Below are positions 58,604 to 64,000 of a DNA stretch of 64,000 nt, in pieces (position 1 is the first letter of the stretch; each line of letters opens with the position of its first letter). The notes beneath the pieces are model-generated. The model made no database searches. It worked only from the letters and a program-made list of their open reading frames with translations, and was not told the DNA's origin. Location of the stretch: NCBI GenBank assembly GCA_041664365.1, contig JBAYKW010000005.1:29204-93203 (forward strand), written 5' to 3'. A program made the position numbers and the translations under genes. This stretch comes from Patescibacteria group bacterium. GTDB taxonomy: Bacteria; Patescibacteriota; Patescibacteriia; UM-FILTER-42-10.

Positions 58604-59864
58604 CGTTTACTTCCTCCTCAATCTCCATCAGTCGGTTGTATTTAACAATTCTCTCTCCTCGGGAAAGCGAACCGGTTTTAATATATTCCGAATTCACAGC
58701 AACACTCAAATCAGCAATAAAAGTATCAGCAGTTTCCCCGGAACGGTGGGATATTACAGTCTTGTATCCGTTTTCCTTCGCTAACCGGATGCAGTCCAGA
58801 GTTTCTGTCAGAGTGCCGATCTGATTCAGTTTAATCAGAATGGAGTTGGCGATTCCTTTATCAATACCCTTTTTAAACCGAGTAATATTGGTCACAAATA
58901 AATCATCCCCGACCAACATCATTTTATCCTTCAGTTTTTTAGTCATTGACTGCCAGCCGTCCCAGTCGTCTTCAGTCAGCCCATCTTCAATTGAGATAAT
59001 CGGGTAGCTTGCTTGCCAATCCGCATACATAGTGATCATATCTTCAGCCGTCATACTGTGCTGCTCCGGTTGAATCAGATATTTATTGGAAGATGCGTTA
59101 TGGAATTCTGAAGCGGCGACATCCAGTGCAAAAGAAACATTTTTTCCTATTTCGTATTGTGTTTTACTGACCGCCATCATGATTAAATTCATTGCCTCCT
59201 TATGCGACTGCACTTTCGGTGCAAATCCTCCCTCATCACCCACCATCACTGACAGTTTATTATTTTCTAACACCACTTTTAACGAATGGAAAATTTCAGC
59301 TCCCATCCGTACGCATTCTTTGAAACTGTCCGCTTTCGGCACAATCATAAATTCCTGCACGCTCAATTTATTATCGGCATGCTGACCGCCGTTGATAATA
59401 TTCATCATCGGCAAGGGAAAAGAATACTTCCCCTTTATTTTTGCTAAGTTCCGCAGATATTCATACAAAGGAATTTTTACTGATTTTGCTGATGCCCGGG
59501 CATAGGCCAGGGAAACACTCAAAATTGCATTAGCACCAAGTTTAGCTTTATTCTCTGTTGCATCCAACTCAATCATCTTTTTATCCAATTCCTCCTGTTT
59601 ACCTAAGGCAAATTCCTTCAAAACCGGAGCTATTTTGAAATTTACATTTTCTACCGCTTTTAAAACACCTTTGCCCAAATAGCGGTCCGGATCAGCATCC
59701 CGCAGTTCCAATGCCTCATAAGTACCGGTTGAAGAGCCGGATGGAATAGCGGCAATGCCGATGCTGCCGTCTGACGCAATAACCTTAGCTTCAATGGTGG
59801 GATTGCCGCGTGAATCCAGAATTTCGCGCGCAAATATTTCTTTGATTTTAACTGCATGGGTCAT
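58590..59864 (-). CDS. eno: Enolase
   Basis: REILDSRGNPT, VGDEGG, GDDLFVTN, SHRSGET. Confidence 0.97.
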   Translation of the reverse strand: MTHAVKIKEIFAREILDSRGNPTIEAKVIASDGSIGIAAIPSGSSTGTYEALELRDADPDRYLGKGVLKAVENVNFKIAPVLKEFALGKQEELDKKMIELDATENKAKLGANAILSVSLAYARASAKSVKIPLYEYLRNLAKIKGKYSFPLPMMNIINGGQHADNKLSVQEFMIVPKADSFKECVRMGAEIFHSLKVVLENNKLSVMVGDEGGFAPKVQSHKEAMNLIMMAVSKTQYEIGKNVSFALDVAASEFHNASSNKYLIQPEQHSMTAEDMITMYADWQASYPIISIEDGLTEDDWDGWQSMTKKLKDKMMLVGDDLFVTNITRFKKGIDKGIANSILIKLNQIGTLTETLDCIRLAKENGYKTVISHRSGETADTFIADLSVAVNSEYIKTGSLSRGERIVKYNRLMEIEEEVNDSNK

Positions 59865-59972
59865 GGGTTTTTGCTTAGGAGTTAGTTATTGGTAACTAGT
59901 AATTTGTAATTGGTAACTACAAGCTATTGATTAAAAATTACGATTTACTAATTACGAATTACAAGTTACTTG

Positions 59973-61214
59973 TTACAAATTCGGCAACAAAGCAACCACC
60001 GGCAGTTCTTTGCCGGACAGGAATTCTAATGAAGCGCCACCGCCGGTTGAGACGTGTGTGAATTTGCCTTCCAGATTAAACATTTTAACAATCTTCTCCG
60101 TGTCACCACCCCCTACGATAGACGTGGCACCGCTGTTTATAATGGCATCGGCAATTTCTTTCGTGCCTTTGGCAAATTCTGCTTCTTCAAACAAGCCCAT
60201 CGGGCCGTTCCAGAAAACAGTTTTTGAGGCGGAAATAATTTTCCGGTATTCTTCAATAGTTTGGGGACCGATATCAAGGTACGTCCATTTTTCCGGCAGT
60301 GTTTCTTTTTTATTAATATCCACCACTTTGTTTTCCGTCGGTGCTTCAATTGAGTTCGCAGCAACTAAATCTAAAGGTAGCTGTATAAAATCCCCTCCTT
60401 GAAATGAAGTTTTATCCGCAGTCTTTTCCAGCAGATCTTTTGCCGATTCCGAAGCAGTTTTTGTCGCATCAATCCCGACATCTTCCACAAATGACCCCTG
60501 AATATCTACATTCTGGGCTTTTAAAAATGCATTAGCCATCGCTCCGCCGATTAAAATAGAATCGGCTAGGGATAAAAGATTATTGGTAGTTTCCAGTTTG
60601 TCAGAAATCTTCGCTCCGCCCAATACCACAGTAAAAGGCCTGGCCGGATTATTCAGCATTTTGGAAAGTACATCCAATTCTTTTTCCATCAGAAAACCGG
60701 CGACGACTTCCTTGCCCTGTTTCAGAATTCCGGTTGTTGATGAATGAACGCGGTGCGCCTGTGCGAAGGCATCAAATACAATCAAATCCCCAAGACTGGC
60801 CAGCTTTCTGGAGAATTCTGCGTCTTCTTTCTGTTCTTCGGGATGAAAACGGACATTTTCCAGCATTATAATCTCACCGGGTTTCAGATCAGCCACCGCT
60901 TTTTCTACCTCCGGACCGACACAGTCATCCATCTTTTTTACCGGTCTTTTGATCAATTCTGACAGCTTTTCCGCTACTGGATCCATCCTAAATTTATCAA
61001 CTACTTTCCCTTCGGGCCTTTTTAACCACGAAAGAAGGACTAAACTGCAGTCCTTTTCTAATAAATATTCAATTGTCGGTAAAGTGGCTTTGATTCTGGA
61101 ATCATCCGGAACAATCCACTTGCCGTCTTTTTCTTTCAGTGAAATATCATATGCCACGCGCAAAAGCACCTTTTTACCCTGGACATCGATATCTCTGATT
61201 GTTTTTTTAGGCAT
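59973..61214 (-). CDS. pgk: Phosphoglycerate kinase
   Basis: LENVRF, LGGAKISDK, WNGPMG, STGGGASLEFL. Confidence 0.95.
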   Translation of the reverse strand: MPKKTIRDIDVQGKKVLLRVAYDISLKEKDGKWIVPDDSRIKATLPTIEYLLEKDCSLVLLSWLKRPEGKVVDKFRMDPVAEKLSELIKRPVKKMDDCVGPEVEKAVADLKPGEIIMLENVRFHPEEQKEDAEFSRKLASLGDLIVFDAFAQAHRVHSSTTGILKQGKEVVAGFLMEKELDVLSKMLNNPARPFTVVLGGAKISDKLETTNNLLSLADSILIGGAMANAFLKAQNVDIQGSFVEDVGIDATKTASESAKDLLEKTADKTSFQGGDFIQLPLDLVAANSIEAPTENKVVDINKKETLPEKWTYLDIGPQTIEEYRKIISASKTVFWNGPMGLFEEAEFAKGTKEIADAIINSGATSIVGGGDTEKIVKMFNLEGKFTHVSTGGGASLEFLSGKELPVVALLPNL

Positions 61215-61520
61215 AGGTTAAAAAGGCTAAATGTTCAAATAAAAAATGTGGATAATCATGTGAAATATTATCCTAATATAACAAATTTTCTGACTTATGT
61301 CACGCTGATTCCGTTTGCATTGCCAAATTGACATATACACAACATGTGATTTATAATTTAAGCACAATCAAGATGAATTGGGCGTTCTCGTTGGTCACGT
61401 TTTGTGACATTGAACGCTCTTTTTAGTTTAACGGTCTGTGACGCACACTAATAGTGCTAATACCCTAGATTTCTTTCATTATTCAGCATACAATTTAAAT
61501 ATTATCATTAATATAAAATC

Positions 61521-62057
61521 ATGGATTCAACGCCTAAAATTAGAAAAATATGGCTTCCAAAACACAGCATAGTATACTGGTTTATAACTGTAATAATATT
61601 AGTAATAGTCACAATAGTTACTACCATGTTTTACCGGCATTATTTTGACCGATTTGATATCAATCACGTTACTCCTAATGATAACTTCGAATTCTCCGAC
61701 GAGATAACTTGTGAAGTTGTTTATTCCACATTTAAACCTATCCAAGAAGAGAGTTTTAAATTTTTTGAAATCCCAACATTTACACTTAGTAGACTTTCTT
61801 CCGAAAACCCAGTTATGGATTTTGATGGGAGACAATATGATCTGGAAAAAACGAAGGAAAGCAATTTCACTGCTACCTATCAAGTTAAGCTACCTGAAGG
61901 ATTTGGAGAAGATATAGTTGAAATCATCCAAGTAATAAAAGATACGGGGACATTTGTACGAACTTTTATGGGACAAAAACAATATTTCGGCGGACGAGAA
62001 GCACTTCATCCTGAAATGTTCCAATATGTTGTATCACAAAAAGGACGATGTGAATAG
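61521..62057 (+). CDS. Membrane-anchored hypothetical protein, paralog 1
   Basis: N-terminal TM; ITC, TGTFVRT and QKG.CE shared with the next gene; promoter TTGACA(61328)-18-TATAAT. Confidence 0.75.
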   Translation: MDSTPKIRKIWLPKHSIVYWFITVIILVIVTIVTTMFYRHYFDRFDINHVTPNDNFEFSDEITCEVVYSTFKPIQEESFKFFEIPTFTLSRLSSENPVMDFDGRQYDLEKTKESNFTATYQVKLPEGFGEDIVEIIQVIKDTGTFVRTFMGQKQYFGGREALHPEMFQYVVSQKGRCE

Positions 62058-62089
62058 TAATTTGTACTTAAATCTATGATTATAATATT

Positions 62090-62998
62090 ATGGAATCAAC
62101 CCCAGAAAGCAAAAGAGTATTCAAACTGAATAAAAGCAAGCTATATTGGACAATACTAATGATTATCCTATTTGCCATCGTTTTAATTGTTGATCGATTC
62201 TATCAAAAAGAATTCAATCGTTTTGATGATTTACAAATTTCACCAAAAGGAAGTATTAAGGATAAAGATTCAATTACCTGTCACGTAATTCATAGCACTC
62301 GCGAAAATGGGAACGCTTCATTAAACGAAGCGATTGCGGAACTCCAGACGGCAGAGACCGACGAAGATGTTACCGCAATCCTCGACCGGTATCCAAAAGC
62401 AGTGCGAGATGAGCTTCAAGCCATGGGCGAGAAAGAATCCGATTCTGTATCCACAGAACCCGAACCGTGGACCGGACCAGCCGTCGACGCGGTTATGGAA
62501 ACTTTCGGCAAGAGTCGAAACGAGATCATTGCAGTTCAGAGGATGGATATTCTGGAAAACGGCGTTCCTGTCGACAGCGTGGAAGCGGTGATCACCGACA
62601 AAGAGGAGTGGTACTACTACCGCATCGCTGACGGCACACTCAGCACAGAACTGCCAACAAGCAGGGCGGACACTACTAAGATCGACACCTATGACACTGA
62701 GATTGATGAATACAAAGAACCTCTCGACCGCTGGGATTATCAATGGCAGTATGAGTTTCCTGGTTTTGAAATAGTTGGTCTAAATTCAGACGTTGTACAG
62801 CTTGTAATAAATGGAAGACCGTGGGGCACATGGTATGTACAACACAACAGTGAAGGCTATATCACATTAATGAGTGAACCATACTGGAATATGGATTCAA
62901 TCGGCATAAGTAAAACTACCGGCACATTTGTGCGAACGATGCACGGCATAAATGGTGAAGAACAATACGCCATCGCTCAAAAAGGATGGTGCGAATAA
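62090..62998 (+). CDS. Membrane-anchored hypothetical protein, paralog 2, with internal insertion
   Basis: Same termini as 61521..62057 plus an acidic internal insert. Confidence 0.75.
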   Translation: MESTPESKRVFKLNKSKLYWTILMIILFAIVLIVDRFYQKEFNRFDDLQISPKGSIKDKDSITCHVIHSTRENGNASLNEAIAELQTAETDEDVTAILDRYPKAVRDELQAMGEKESDSVSTEPEPWTGPAVDAVMETFGKSRNEIIAVQRMDILENGVPVDSVEAVITDKEEWYYYRIADGTLSTELPTSRADTTKIDTYDTEIDEYKEPLDRWDYQWQYEFPGFEIVGLNSDVVQLVINGRPWGTWYVQHNSEGYITLMSEPYWNMDSIGISKTTGTFVRTMHGINGEEQYAIAQKGWCE

Positions 62999-63009
62999 AT
63001 AGTAGTGCC

Positions 63010-63123
63010 CATTACGAGTCCTATCCGCCATCGGCGGAAGGCGAAGCAATCCCGATTCCTAACAAATCATGATTACCATTGTTGAGCGGGATTGCTTCGC
63101 CTCGCTAAGCGAGACTCGCAATG
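63010..63123. repeat. REPIN/RPE-like composite palindrome
   Basis: CCATTACGAGTC/GACTCGCAATGG outer arms; AGGCGAAGCAATCCCG/CGGGATTGCTTCGCCT inner arms; nested TCCGCC-AT-CGGCGGA. Confidence 0.7.
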
Positions 63124-63145
63124 GTTGCTGTTTATTACGCTAAAT

Positions 63146-63175
63146 AAAAAGCGCGGATAGAAGTCCGCGTTTTTT
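63146..63175. terminator. Bidirectional terminator between convergent genes
   Basis: A5-GCGCGGA...TCCGCGT-T5. Confidence 0.75.
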
Positions 63176-63191
63176 AGAGTTAGAAATATAT

Positions 63192-64000
63192 TTATAGGTT
63201 ATTCTCAAAGAAACCGTTCACCTTCGCCTCATACAATGTTTTCTCATTGAAATAAGCCTCGCCATGATCCGCACCTTCAATTTCCCATAGTTCCGAATTA
63301 CCCTGGGACACTCCAAAAATTTGCCTGGAGTGTTCAACCGGAATCTCCTGATCGGCTGTCCCGTGAATTAACAGCAATGGTGTTTTGCTTTGTGCTGCCG
63401 CTTTGATCGTCGAGACATCACCAGGTTTTATCCCAATCCGCCAATTCGCCCACTGTTCCAGAGACCAGATCATCGGTTGCTGGAGAAAACCGAACTTTGC
63501 AAACATATTATTTACCAATAAATCCAAAGAAGCATAGGCGCTGTCGGCAACAATCGCTTTGATTCTGGGATCGACACTACCATGCATAATTCCGACCGCA
63601 CCGCCCATGGAAAATCCCATCACGCCAATTTTCTCCTGGTCAATATCGGTACGCGTGTTTAAATAATCAACCGCCGCCTTAAGATCCTTTTTTTCATTCC
63701 AGCCAATTGTTGTATATTTTCCTTCGCTGGATCCGAAGTAACGGAAATCAAACAGTAAAACATTATACTTATCTTGCAGGAACAGCGACCAGTTTAAGGC
63801 ATCCGCTTTATTAGCCGGATAACCGTGCATAACAATTATCGTACCCCGCGCGTCTAATCCTGCGGGCAAAAACCAGCCCGCTAATCTCAAATTATCTTCT
63901 GTTTGAAAATATACGTCTTCATAAATCACGTTGTAATTGGCAGGTGTTATTGTATAATCTGTTTGCCTGGGGTGAGTAACATTGTAATACGCAAAAAATG
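63192..64000 (-). CDS. Alpha/beta hydrolase; 5' end lies beyond the window
   Basis: MHGY, DFRYFGSSEG, GFSMGG, IHGTAD, GADH; frame stays open to the window end. Confidence 0.88.
   Translation of the reverse strand, partial: FFAYYNVTHPRQTDYTITPANYNVIYEDVYFQTEDNLRLAGWFLPAGLDARGTIIVMHGYPANKADALNWSLFLQDKYNVLLFDFRYFGSSEGKYTTIGWNEKKDLKAAVDYLNTRTDIDQEKIGVMGFSMGGAVGIMHGSVDPRIKAIVADSAYASLDLLVNNMFAKFGFLQQPMIWSLEQWANWRIGIKPGDVSTIKAAAQSKTPLLLIHGTADQEIPVEHSRQIFGVSQGNSELWEIEGADHGEAYFNEKTLYEAKVNGFFENNL

Overview
Most likely a chromosomal segment of a Patescibacteria (CPR; Parcubacteria/ABY1-like) bacterium. This is inferred from the gene set, the AT-rich and mostly Shine-Dalgarno-less starts, DUF4012, tandem gpmI and PduL/AckA fermentation. 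The backbone carries lexA-orf-orf-dinB, bcp, truB, ftsEX, a 7TM histidine kinase and response regulator, a RAYT transposase, prsA, ftsB, lepA, murJ, an exopolysaccharide cluster, rnpB, rnhA, recJ, a 2-oxoacid:ferredoxin oxidoreductase, ackA, pduL, pfkB, gpmI x2, eno, pgk and three tRNAs. Six unusual layers sit on top of it. (1) Self-contained GC-rich transcription units with consensus sigma70 promoters, strong SD sites and terminators, including an FCB-type secreted protein with a T9SS/FlgD-like tail. (2) Two c-di-GMP-II-like riboswitch candidates with covarying pseudoknots. (3) A ~1.5 kb promoter-to-terminator unit of repeated TTGGAG/CTCCAA-closed stem modules around an orphan ORF. (4) A GCCGTC-repeat ncRNA candidate. 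(5) A covarying REP-like palindrome family that brackets dinB and also lies inside the RAYT gene. (6) A palindromic element that duplicates TTGAC at promoters. All calls come from reading the sequence by eye; no searches or folding programs were run.
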